Origin: Cyanophora paradoxa CCMP329
Taxonomy: Eukaryota > Plantae > Glaucophyta
Assembly: GCA_004431415.1 (NCBI GenBank)
Contig: QPMI01000092.1
Span: 1-64,000 of the forward strand
DNA: 64,000 nucleotides
Reading direction: 5' to 3'
The notes under the pieces were generated by a model. That model saw nothing but the letters and a program-made list of their open reading frames with translations, ran no database searches and was not told the DNA's origin. Below are positions 1 through 11,646 of the stretch, piece by piece. Both the position numbers and the translations under genes were made by a program. Numbering within the stretch: position 1 is the stretch's first letter; the number at the start of each line of letters is the position of its first letter.

Positions 1-54
1 CGATGATGGTTGCGATGACGCCAACCATTTGCGATTCATAGAATTATCCGATTG

Positions 55-185
55 ACCGAAACTTCACCGAACTCCACCGAACTTCAGAAACTTAACCGAA
101 ACTTCACCGAAACTTTTTCGAAACTTCACCGAAACTTCACCGAAAACTTCACCGAAACTTCACCGAAACTTCACCGAAACTTCAA
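55..185 (+). repeat. Short tandem repeat, unit ~AACTTCACCGA
   Basis: About ten imperfect copies of aacttcaccga(a) read directly. Confidence 0.9.
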
Positions 186-869
186 TATCGGTCATACATA
201 TGTATTTTATTACCAAGGTGCTCCGTTTTAAATCTGAAACAGATTCGGAATCGCCACGATAGCGCCAATCAGGATTCGTGATCGGGCACTTACAAAATAA
301 AAATTGACAAGGATTTTCTGGATTCTCCCAACTTCTGCTATGGATCCCATCTACCAAGACCCTGCTATCATCCATGCTGCCCATCAGACTGGATCCATGA
401 TTTCAAAACTGCTTTCTATTACAATTTCTTCATGTCACAGCCAGAGCATGTGAGACTGTTCTTTGTTTAAATTACCAACTGGTCTCAAACTTGAAACTTT
501 CTTCTTGGAAATTATTGAAAAAGATAGACAAATGAGGAAAATTCGCCAGAGGTCTAAGAGATTCCGAAAGCGTTGTTAATCTATTTCCTCTGCCACTTCG
601 TAGATTAAATCGAGTTTGGGTGCAGTATATGTTTCCTTGGTGGTTGAAAAGTATATACCACCTCTGACTGTTGACTTCTGATAATTTCTGGGTTCCTGCT
701 ATGGTCAACTTCTTTAATTCTTTCTCTACTCTACCCTTCTTTTGTGCTCTTGCTTCTGTGAGGGGTTCTTTTGGTACTTCACTTGCTTTTTCTATGCCCT
801 CCTTTCTGATTGCTGAATCAACCCTGGCTTCCTCCTTTGCCTGTTCAAGAGCATCCACTGTGGGAGTTT

Positions 870-2017
870 CATGATACTCAACACCTTTAATGGGCAGCAG
901 TTCATGAAAAGCGAATCTACCATCAACTATCTCACCACTGGACTTCTGATTCTGAACTTGAAGCCCTCTCTGCCCTCCACACTATAAACAATTCGAGACC
1001 AATTAACCCCTGCTTTGCAATGGATTCTTTTCAACTTTCACTCTCACAAACATTCCAGGTTTCAGGGCATCAAGATACTCAATCGATTTCTTGAATCTCT
1101 GATCCTCCATATTCACAATCTCTTTGTAGTGGGCTTCTGTGGTCTCTGCTGGTTTTCTCTTGGTTGCAGAGTGAATGGTATTATTATAATTATACTCAAT
1201 ATCACCCAACACATCAAAAAAGAGTATTATTGCAATGCATTTATGATTCTCAGTTGATCAATCTCTTGATCTGTCTGTTAAAGGCTTCAATTCGACCTTG
1301 GGTTCTGTGATCTGCAACATCACTTAGTTGATGCTCAATGAATTTGTTCCCAAATAATCTGTGACAACACATTGGTAAATTCGCTTCCACTGTCACTCTG
1401 AATGCGAACAATTGGTCTGGGACTCTCTGTTCAAGTTGCTTGAATGCTGCAAGTGTAGTAAGAGCACTCTTGTCTCTCATTGGAATTATGAACCCTGTTC
1501 TCAGGGTTGATTCCATTGCACTCATAAATGTATCATAACCATCATTCTGCTTTTTGTATGCAGGAAAGAAGAGCAGATCAATCACATATGTATCAAGGGG
1601 TTGCCTAATTGGAATCATGGGATCTCTCTTTCGAGATGCATTAATTTGGACAACCTCCTGCTTATCATACCATTCTCTCATCTTCTTGTAGTTCTCCTCT
1701 GGTAGTTCCTGTCTCATTGCAGTAAATCCCTTGTAGCCTGTCCTGGGATCATAGAACTTCTTAGCAATCTTCGACTCTTTTGGTGCTGTCTCAGCTGGGA
1801 GGGTCTCTGGGATTAATTGCTTGACCATCTCTGATCTTTTTAATATTCGACTGCTCTTCTCCTCCACTGGAACTGTGATGGGCAGAATATTCCCTCGATC
1901 TTCAATTGCCTCTTTTCTCACAATTCTTGGTGGTTGTCTCAATCCTATTTGTGTAGAAGGCATCTTTACCTTATCTCTCATATAATAAATGCAAGAGTCT
2001 GTGTGGAAGGAGAACAC
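870..2017 (-). pseudogene. Polinton-type retroviral-like (rve) integrase, frameshifted
   Basis: YDPRTGY N-terminal motif; DDE triad VIDLLF / SDSGSEF (shifted frame near 1390) / QGRIEAFNRQIK; then YNNTIHSATKRKP, KPGMFVRV and NWSRIVY in successive frames. Confidence 0.85.
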
Positions 2018-2146
2018 AATTCCAAACTACTTTGCAATTGAGCCCAATGATCCAGGATTAAGATGTATATGGCTGCTGCATTTAATTCGCGGTTTATTAC
2101 TTCTTGGAGAGCGAAACCAAAGAAAAAGAAAGATTGATGAAGTAGA

Positions 2147-5100
2147 TTAGAGCCCAAATGGAATGCTGTGAATTCCATCGTCTAATATCTTCCTTTTGCT
2201 ATCGAGTTGGTTTAGAGCCACCCTTCTGCTCTCCAAATCATATAGGTTGTGGTCTTGCCTTCGCTTGTTTACTACTGCTACTGTTTTGGTGATGCCTTCA
2301 AACAGGCATCTCTTGAAATCATCAAAGTGAACCTCTTTGGAGGAAGTCCCAGACATCTTTATTTTATCAAAGGTCTCAGTTCTGAAAGCAATAGAGTTTC
2401 GATCTCAGACCTACATACTCCACAATCTTTGCATTGGAAACTCGTTTTTATATTTACCTGGAATCAACGATTGCTCCTATCAAAGAGAGGGTGGGGGGAT
2501 CATAATTACTGCAATCCAGGTGTCCAGCAATTCGCTTCATCTCATTATTTAGATCATTGGTATGCAGCAGTAGACAGAAAGAATCTGTATCATGGAATAG
2601 CAGCTCTGCTGTTTCCCAAGTTCTCCTCACCACATCATAAAAGAACCTGCTGTTATGGAGTTTCGCGAAATCCAGCACAAAAGCACCAATTGCAACAGGT
2701 TTATCTAAGTGAACATGCTTGGAATACATCTCAAAGGCAACAGCATTTTCGTTTAATACATTGGTTGCCTTGATTAGTGGACTTGCAGCATATTTCTTGC
2801 AGAGTTTCTCACTGTTAGCAATCTTTACCACAGAGCGACCCCTGCATGATTCGAGGCATTTACCATAGATTGCATTGTTCATTAATTTAAAGAAGTCACT
2901 CTCGAATCTGGACATAGATTGGCGCCTCAGTTTCGTATTTAGATCAATATAACTCTTCATAAATGCAGAGGTTGCAAATGAGAGAACCTGTGAACCTTCG
3001 TGATTATAATACCTTTGCTCACAAGATAGATCAAGAGAGGTGGGAAATCACATAGTTATTTTTGGGTGAGAATGTTGCAGTGAGTTTGGGGTTTTGCTTA
3101 TCTTCTCACCTGTGATATCCAGTAACTTTCTTGATACCCACCAGCATTTCGGTGGTGACATGTTCTTTATTAACTACAAGTGGAAAATCGTAATGATCTG
3201 TGAGAGTTTGTGGGTATTCCAGTCAACTTCAATAAAGGCACTTCGTCCTTGGGTCTCTTTTAAGTGCCTCTGAGACATCTTCCCATCGAAAATCTCCAAT
3301 GGGCAGTTCTTGACTGAGAGCAAAACCATACAGATTATTTGCATCCAAGAGAACTATATGGTCATCTGGGTTTCCACCTTTGCATATCGAGTAGGCATTG
3401 TAGCAAACCCACCTCGAATTGCTCTCTCAATGAATTCGTATTGCCCTACATCACTGATCTGCTCGATCTTTGCTCTGGTATAAATGAGCATTGCATCCCA
3501 GGATAATCCAGGAGCCGAAACATAGTGGGCAGGATCAATCCATATTGGAAAACGCCAATTCTCGGAAGTCTGGAATTTACCATAGATCACGCATCCACTG
3601 CCTGGAAGTCCATGAAGTGCGAAGCATCTATGAATTTCCACATGCCCCATTGCAGGAGAGTATTGATCGAAATTCTTGCTCAGGATCTCAACACGAAGTT
3701 TATCATCTTGCTGTGCAATTTTGCGGAATATTTCGTGTCACATTCATCCATGTGATCCACCACAATTGCTACTTCGTTTGCTTTGAGATTCTCCTGTGGA
3801 GGTTGCAGTTTCGGCATGCTTTTCCAATAAAAGCTCCTGATTGATGACAATGGTCTCTTACTGGGAAATTCTCATGGGTAAATCGTTCAGCACAGATATA
3901 ACAGTGTTTAGTGATCTTGTATTGTGCTTTCTGCTCTTCTGTGAGTGGGTGCATTGAATATTGTGAATAGAGTGCGGATTACTTGGGTCTGATCTCTGTG
4001 AGAGTGGTAAACAGAGCACCAAGTGGATCTGATCCCTCGAAATAATGAGAGATCACCTCATCCCCATCACAACTGTTAAAGAAACCGATTTGACCGCTCT
4101 TTTACTGCGGTTCTCATCAATTGGAACCGAGTGACTATCCATTTTTACATAGCAGATAGTGGGAAGCCACACAGTTTTGCGAAGGTGTTGAAGCCCAAAT
4201 GCAATGTGACTTCCAGATTTCGGGCATTTACCTTTGCTCTCCTCCAATCAATGCAGCGATTGGCTTCTAAGTGAATGTCCAGCTTCTCCTGAGTTCTGAA
4301 ACGAGACAGGCAGGTCTCACAATAATAAATGCGACCATCATGGCTTTATCAAAGGTGGTTTTCAGGAGTCGACTCAGAGACATAATGGTGATATAATGTC
4401 CTCTATCATCCTCTTCGTTTCGATTAATAAAAGTTAATCTTGTCTTTCTCCTCGGGTTGCGGATTGATGGAGAGGATAGAAACACTGTGCTTGATTATCT
4501 GCACCATAAATGTTGATACTCAGTTCAGGTTCTGCTCCTCAAATCGATCAATGATTTCTGCATCACAGGCAACTGGAAACTGGATGCCTTCGAAATTGAG
4601 TTCGTTTAACCATCTTCTATACTGGCTGGGTTCATTGCTCTTGTGTTTATTGATGTCCTTTCGGTGCAGGTAAGCCAAGATTGCATACTTGAAGCAGTCT
4701 TGACCATCAATATTCTTGACATTCACAGTTGCTCTCTTTAATCCAATCCACTCAGTGTTGAGAAGAAGCAACCACCCACAGGAGCATAAGACATTATAAC
4801 CACTCTCAGCATCTCGATGCGATCCAGTCTGTAACTGTCCACCTGCATCATCTGTTCCTGCATTGCTTGAAGTGCATTTCGCAGTTCAACATCAATATTT
4901 CGAGATCTTGTGATGACAAAGTAATCACTATAAATGAACTGGTGATCCACACCCTTGGATCACTCACTTTGGTGAACTTACAAATGAAGGTCAACCGAGT
5001 CTTAATTGCTCTCAGGTCTTGGAGTTTCTGTCTGAGTCTCTGAGGTAGAGTGGGTGCAATTCTCTCCAAGAATTCAATCCATCTTGGATAACCTCCCCTC

Positions 5101-5450
5101 TTGCTCGATAGGTTAACCAAGAGTATGCTTTGTTCATTGCTTCCCCATCTTCAATCTCGGGTTCAATTGTTCCCAACCTTAAACCTTCATCCCTGAATTC
5201 CTCCATCTTCTCAAAACGATCATAGAGGCGATTAGTAATTTCTGTGAGTTGAGATAATCTTGGTCTCCTATCCAGGATTGCTGCCTGCGATCATATTCGA
5301 ATTCTGTAATATCACCAGTAACTAAAAGGGTTCCTAAAAGACCGAGTATTTCGTTTTTCTTTTCTTTGATGATTCTATTGATTGGCGGGGCATCTTTTAC
5401 TTTAAGGGAACATATTATTTTTGGCGTTTTAAACGCATTTCGCATTTTTC
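2147..5450 (-). pseudogene. Protein-primed family B DNA polymerase (pPolB), broken into many frames; N-terminal limit approximate
   Basis: Ordered motifs: VNVKNIDGQDCFKYAILA; CYIC...VRDHCHQSGAFIGKACRNCNL (endonuclease VII-like Zn motif); IDPAHYVSAPGLSWDAML; AIRGG; LDANNLYG (~3350-3325); FKLMNNAIYGK; HDTDSF; C-terminal DSKRKILDDGIHSIPFG. Confidence 0.9.
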
Positions 5451-5781
5451 AGGTTCTGATAATTCGCACATTCGTGCCTTTGGGACATATACATTCACTG
5501 TGTCGAGTCTGCTTGCATAAACACGCTTCTTTTGATAGGTTCTACCATAACCTGCTCTGATCTTTGCAATATAATCCGCCACCTCTGCAATATCATTCTT
5601 TTCGACAAGCTGCTGCCGAATTTCATCAAAATAATCCATTTTCTGTCTTAGTCAAGTGAAATACGCAACGATCCCTTAAATCGCCAGTCAATTTTTGTCA
5701 CAACACAACGATTTTCGATACGTTTTTATATTGTCCGATTAAGAATCGAAACAGTCATCGACCCACAGGGGGAGTCTGTGG

Positions 5782-5923
5782 TTAATTGGGTGTGACGCCT
5801 GTGACGCCTGTGACACCTGTTTTCAGAGGTTTGTAGATTTTTGAAATTTTAAAAAGTTTGAAAATAGGCGTCACAGGCGTCACAGGCGTCACACTCAATT
5901 AAAAAGGTGTCACAGCTGTCACA
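5782..5923. promoter_or_regulatory. Origin-like module A: 3x TGTGACRCC iterons, ~50-bp AT-rich spacer, 3x inverted GGCGTCACA
   Basis: Iterons at 5791/5800/5809, inverted set at 5867/5876/5885; lies directly 3' of the D5 helicase gene. Origin function is inferred. Confidence 0.6.
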
Positions 5924-5964
5924 CAAACCATTTACAGTAAGGTTTTTAAAAATAAGAAATTCAA

Positions 5965-8343
5965 TCAGTATAGAATCGATTCTGTTTGTTTACTCATCCC
6001 CACCTTCAACATCACTGTCATCCACCAACTTGCGACTATGCTTCTTTTGATCCCAAAGTAGCCACGAGCAAGAACACCATTGACTCGCTTTCTCTCAGCC
6101 TTCACATTAAAGACTTCGCGAAGTCTCTTCAAGATAGTGCATTCTGTGATTTTCTCATCAGATTTGCCCATGTGATCCATCTTAAAGTGACTGATAATGG
6201 ACTCACTTGTGGCGAAATCCCCTTGACTCTGGTGAGTTCATAACTCTCACGAATCCATTCTCCAATCTTGTCATTCTCATTGAAATATTCAACACCTTGA
6301 TCAACAATGGACTGGGTGTTTGGTGACGAATTCATTGAGAGAATGGGTTCTCCACATTTCCAGGAGAATGGACATATGCGCCATTTTATAATCGTCATCA
6401 TTCTTCATTAGGCGCATGAGAGTGGTGTCTGCTTTCTTCTCACCAGGCTGAGGATCGACCTTGAAGACATTTTCGAATCGGTAGTAGATAATTCGCCTTT
6501 GAATTGCTGCATCTGGTTTACTGATTCCCAAGTTGTCATTTGTGGACAAGAACAACTGGAACATGGGAATGAATGTAACAAGATCTTTGAAAAGAGCTCG
6601 AACCTTCATCTCATTCCCACCAGTAACCTGTTTGATTTTGTTCAGTTGAAGCATATCACCATCTTCTGCTTCATTACTGAAAACAATTCGTTTACCAAGA
6701 ATGCAAGCGAGTTCTGGGGAAGCCTCTGACGAACTCTTCTTGGGTTTAGTCCAATATGTCATGTCCAGTGACCCATAATACTCACCAAATGTGTCTTTCA
6801 CCAACTCTTGGAGCAGTGATTTCCCATTTGCTCCAATTCCAGTCCAGCAAGTGTATCTCTGATTTTCTGTCAAACCACTCAGGGCATAGGCAATTAATCC
6901 CATCATAAATTCGCGGTTTTCATCAGATTCGATAATATCTGCATAGATGGATTTAATCTTCGCAACTTTCTCTTGGTCAATTTCTGTGGTGTAATCGTAG
7001 CCAACAGTCTTACTCACCATATCATCTGGGAGTCCCTGTCGAAAAGTCATGGAGTTCAGGTCAAACACACCATTTGTAAATCCAATGATGTTGGGAACAG
7101 TATCAAGTCTCTCGAAAAAGGTCTTGTCACTGAACAGAACTGAAAGATCAGACATAAGTGCAGTTCTGTATGTAGTCTGTTTGAGGCTCTTAGCAATTCC
7201 CAGCAGAATCTTTGACCTTTCCTCCAAGGAATTGCGGTTCTCTTCATCACGAAGTGCTCTCTGTGCGAGTTGAACAGAACGTTGAAGATAAACTGGACAG
7301 ACCTTGCAGCTCAAACAGAGAAAGATTCGCTTCCCAGTTTCATCCATCTCCCAAATCCCACATACATCATTGAACTTGAACCAGGTCTTGTTGGAATACT
7401 TGTATTTGTCTTGCAGAACAAGATAGGCAACCTGTGCAACATCATAATGGGCACCATCAGATCCAGCAGACCGATCAATCAGATTTTCGATCTTCACATC
7501 TGTCTCTTCCTTCACACGAACTGTGATGCTTCGCTTTTGCAGTTTGCACTGTAACTCGAAACAATATATTTGTCCTTCTCCTTCCCTTGAACAATATACC
7601 AATTGTTCGAGTCATGGCTTCCCTTGCAGCAGGGACAGATCAGACCTTTGTTCTCAGCAGTGAAATTGTATCCCATCTTGGTCTCATTGATGATTGTGGG
7701 CAAGATGAAACCGAATTCTTCCAGTTTAGAAAGAATATGTTTCTGCAAATTCTCCTCAGCGCACCTCTCAAAATAAGAATGTGCACCTTTGGGAATTCGT
7801 AGTTGTCAACAATCCACTTTTGCAACTCAGCAGTAGGTTCATTTAACTCACACTCAGATGCCCATGGCTCTCTGATCCATGTTTTGTTGGGACTGGACAA
7901 ATATTAATTACCCCAGCAGTCCAGTGGATGCAATCGTTTTGCAGTCGATCTTGGGTTTCCTTTGAATGCACCTGCTTTATCCCAGATCTTAATGGTGTCG
8001 AATTCAGCAGGTCGAGCGAAATAAGCATGATATCCTTTTTTGGTTTTAGCAAGTGGATTAACACCACCGAAATCATCAGGGAATTGCTCCTCGAATTTGG
8101 CGAAATCCTCCTCTTGGTCGAAGTCAATAACCATGATATTACGAGCAAGAATGCCCCAAGCAGTATATTTACCGGATTTCAGGCTTCATCGAATTTATCC
8201 CAAGTCCAGGATCCGTCTTTATGAGCGAAAAGCGGTCTCTTGGTATCAGGATCAACAGGAATTACGAGATTCTCAGACAGGACATCGTCTTCACGAAGCC
8301 AGTCAACAAGGCGTTTCAGGGATTTCTTGGCGGCAGCGTTCAT
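5965..8343 (-). CDS. Prim-Pol + Zn finger + D5-like SF3 helicase (primase-helicase), frameshifted
   Basis: ATG 8343 MNAAAKKSLK...IPVDPDTKRP; VIDFD and TKKGYHAYF (Prim-Pol); CPCCKGSH; D5_N IGFTNGVFDL...PDDMVSKTVGYDY; Walker A GIGANGKS, Walker B IVFSNE, motif C LSTND; C-terminal RKRVNGVLARGYFGI. Confidence 0.9.
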
Positions 8344-8534
8344 TTCGAAAATCGGGGCTTCTTACACTTAATGGAGAAATTAATTTCTCCGGATCCTTGT
8401 CATTTTTTGGCGGCTAACCTTTAAATACCTTTGGGTTTTCCGATTGGCGCTCGATATATGGTAATGATCCATCGAAAAGTCGATTGATCATGGTAACAAA
8501 AAGGATTCAGCGGATATCTGGACTTTGGGGCGGT

Positions 8535-8762
8535 TCAGTATTTTCTGGGACGACCTACTGGGCGTTTGACTGGATTATTGGGATCCATCTCAGCAGCTTT
8601 CCTGCGATAATATCGTTCCAGTGCCTTTTTACGATATAATTCACGAAATTCCTCATCTTGATAACGTTTCTGGAAATACAAGCGGTCATACAACCTTTTC
8701 CTCTCATTGGGATCCATTTCGCTCATTGCAAGTTCGAATTCGACCACAGATTCAGTTTCCAT
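8535..8762 (-). CDS. Small basic protein with C-terminal AT-hook (putative DNA-binding)
   Basis: Intact 75-aa ORF ending KRPVGRPRKY. Confidence 0.6.
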   Translation of the reverse strand: METESVVEFELAMSEMDPNERKRLYDRLYFQKRYQDEEFRELYRKKALERYYRRKAAEMDPNNPVKRPVGRPRKY

Positions 8763-9013
8763 TTGATATGTTCCTTATATTTGGACGAGAAAATAATTTG
8801 TCCGGGTTCACCAATCAAACACACCTTACCCTTAAATCCCTTGTCATTTTTTGCAGATCGAGACCAGTTCCTGTCTACGCTTTTTTATTGCGTCTTCTGT
8901 TGCATATTCAGCGGATTTCCTTTCAAGGATAGCATAGATCTCAGAGAGACTGAGCATTCGATATTAATTACCGAGATTTAATTTCGGATCTGTGAAAGAT
9001 ACAGAGCGTCGCC

Positions 9014-9196
9014 TCACTGTCTCTGTTTTAATATGCTCCTCGAAATCCACCGAGTCTGTGATAATCGCCTACCGCCAGATCCATGACTTTCAGTGTCAGA
9101 GAATTCGATTTCGACTTTTGTATCACAGCAACCACTGTGACAATTGCTCACAATGTGGAGATTAAACATTTCAATGATTTTTCGCAAGAAATCCAT
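9014..9196 (-). CDS. Small Cys-motif hypothetical viral protein
   Basis: 60-aa ORF with SNCHSGCC motif, co-oriented in the viral gene array. Confidence 0.4.
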   Translation of the reverse strand: MDFLRKIIEMFNLHIVSNCHSGCCDTKVEIEFSDTESHGSGGRRLSQTRWISRSILKQRQ

Positions 9197-9223
9197 GATG
9201 CTCTCTCTCTTAAAGCGAGATAA

Positions 9224-9957
9224 TTATAGCCAAACTCGTCGTTTATATACTGTTGGGGCAACACCTTTATCGACCTCTGATTTGGTAGCACCAGGTTCAA
9301 TGGTTCCCTTCTGGGTTTTGGTCTTCATCTCATCAACTGCCTGCTCATCAATTTGAGTCTCTTTTTTACCAATGAACTGCTTATCTGGAAGACCAGTGAT
9401 TCCCATTCTATACACCTCCTTTCGCAGCATCTCCTTTAATTTCGCTCTCTCTTTCTTCTCAGAGACATACTGTTCAAGTGCACTCGATTTCGCTTCCAGA
9501 TCTTTAAGTTTCGCAGTCATTTCGTCCCATTGGGCTTTGGGAATTCGGTGGATGTTTTGAGTTGGTGCTGTCTTGTAGGTCACCTCACCAGCCATGGATT
9601 GAATTACCTTGTCTGATTCTTTGGAGACACCTTCACCTTTGCGAGCCAGTGAGAGATCTTGGAGACCCAGTCCTTTGTCATCAGCAGCACCAATAATTCG
9701 ACGAGCACCTTCACCAACTGCCTTCATCTTGGAGGTTTCGGGCGAAATATTCAACTGGTCACTTGTGGATGTCTGGGGCGCTTTATCATCTGGTGATTCT
9801 TCGTAAGCAGCATTGAGGGATCCTCCTGTTGCTGTGATGCTTTAACTTCATTGACACCATTGAATTTCATGGGCTCTGTGTTAATAGAACCGGTTCCAGA
9901 GGATGCAGAATATGACATAGCACCAGCAGGAACACCAACTTTGCGTTTGGAAGGCAT
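9224..9957 (-). CDS. Hypothetical charged/coiled-coil protein (probably one gene with a frameshift near 9780)
   Basis: ORFs 9751-9957 and 9224-9754 overlap and abut the ATPase stop; Lys/Glu-rich. Confidence 0.5.
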
Positions 9958-9985
9958 TGTATATTTATTAGAAGCAGAGATTATT

Positions 9986-10768
9986 TTATAAACCTCTCTT
10001 ATATCGCATCAGTTTATTCGAATGAACACCACTCTTGACCTCTTTGGGGGCTTCCTCTTTCTGTGGAGGTGGTAATTCGTCCTCTTTCGTTTTGGGCTTC
10101 CTGTGGAACCGAGGAAATGCGAAATCTTTGACCAGATCCGCTTTATCAACATAATAGTTCACCGAATAATTTGCAGAAGACCACACAATATATTGGTAAG
10201 AGTGCACATACTCCTCAAACATCTTATAGAAATCGTCCTTGTTTCGCATGATATTATATTCCTCTTCAATGGCTTCGAGTTCTTTGCGATTTGCAGCACT
10301 CAGGAACACAGCATAATCCGAATTTACTCGAATTGTTGATGATACCTTCCTCAGTTTCTGGGTAATGCAGATAATCGAGATTTTGGAGTGGCGACCTCTG
10401 GAATACAGGGATCCCACGATTTTGTCTCGGGTCAAATCAATAATTTCGTTGTCTATTAAATCATCTAAGACCACACACAGGTGATTGACAGGTTCCCCTT
10501 TTTCGATTTTCTCCTGCCTTTCATCCAGTAATTTGGAAATGTAAGCAGCATCCCATTTCCCGAGTTGCAATGTTGCAACTGCATCCCAGAAATGATTGAA
10601 GGACGTCCCACTCACAACAAGAACAGTATCAATCTTTTTCGCATCATGCAGCTGTTTCAACCAATATTTCACACATTCTGACTTGCCTGTTGCAGACTTT
10701 CCTATGAAAAGAGCACGAAATGGTGGGTTAATCATTTCACCAGCCACAAATTCTTCCAAGTCACCCAT
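9986..10768 (-). CDS. A32/FtsK-HerA-type genome packaging ATPase
   Basis: PPFRALFIGKSATGKS (Walker A), CVVLDD (Walker B), RGRHSKISIICITQ, IRVNSDY; likely ATG at 10768 (MGDLEEF). Confidence 0.93.
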   Translation of the reverse strand: MGDLEEFVAGEMINPPFRALFIGKSATGKSECVKYWLKQLHDAKKIDTVLVVSGTSFNHFWDAVATLQLGKWDAAYISKLLDERQEKIEKGEPVNHLCVVLDDLIDNEIIDLTRDKIVGSLYSRGRHSKISIICITQKLRKVSSTIRVNSDYAVFLSAANRKELEAIEEEYNIMRNKDDFYKMFEEYVHSYQYIVWSSANYSVNYYVDKADLVKDFAFPRFHRKPKTKEDELPPPQKEEAPKEVKSGVHSNKLMRYKRGL

Positions 10769-10775
10769 AGTTTCA

Positions 10776-11512
10776 CTATAAAGACGAAAGAAATGTTTTA
10801 ACAAAGCGTTTAATATCGGTTTCAGTGTAAGGCACACGAAGAAGTTTAATATTGTTTGCCTCACAGTATCGGTTCTTTATTCCATCACGAACTAATATTT
10901 TTTCGAACTCTTCCTGTCCTCCAAATTGATCCACGGGCTCAAAGTGCTGTCTACCATCAAATTCAATGGCGATTCGTAAGGAAGAAATGTAGAAATCAAA
11001 GCGAAGAGGATGCCGTAACCGACAGTCTGGAAACGAATATTGACGCTCGAAATCTAAATCCAGCTCTTTAAGAATATTTGAAATGCACTCTTCACCTTTC
11101 GAACATTGACATCTTGGACACCAGAAGCTCTTGCATGAGTCATTGCTTTCTGTTCAAAGTCATTCATGCAAGTGTTACATTTGATGGTCACTTTGTTCTT
11201 CATTCCTTTATAGACTGTATTTGTGTAGTCATATCTATCTCCATGAATCTTTTTGCACAAATTTACAAACTCTTCTTGTGTCCATTTGCAGTTATTTGCA
11301 GCTTTAAGTTTTCCATGTGTAGGACAGCCACTTTTCTGAATGATGTGATTGAATGGTGCTTGTTCAAAGAATGTTTGACATTGTTTACAGTAGATCTTGA
11401 CCTTTGTTTTCGTATTTTTGAAGATTGCTTCCTTATAATCATACAAGTCACCATGAATTAATTTTGCCTTCTCAACAAACAGCTCTTGTGTATAGTGAGT
11501 TCTCTTAGCCAT
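10776..11512 (-). CDS. Putative homing endonuclease: two DUF723-like Zn-ribbon repeats + PD-(D/E)xK/Vsr-like nuclease (one frameshift ~11120)
   Basis: Repeats TQELFVEKAKLIHGDLYDY...KVKIYC and TQEEFVNLCKKIHGDRYDY...KVTIKC; the shifted frame reads SKGEECI...LRFDFYI...IAIEFDGRQHF...RDGIKNRYC...IKLLRVPY, stop at 10776. Confidence 0.8.
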
Positions 11513-11646
11513 GTCACAATGTCTGAGGATCTTCTAAAATATCATGTCATTTTTTTCTTAAATGCATTCTTCTAAATCGTTCATGGCTTTGTAGATCTTT
11601 CTTATTAAAGATAGATAAAAATAACGAAACGTTACTGATAATGGTT

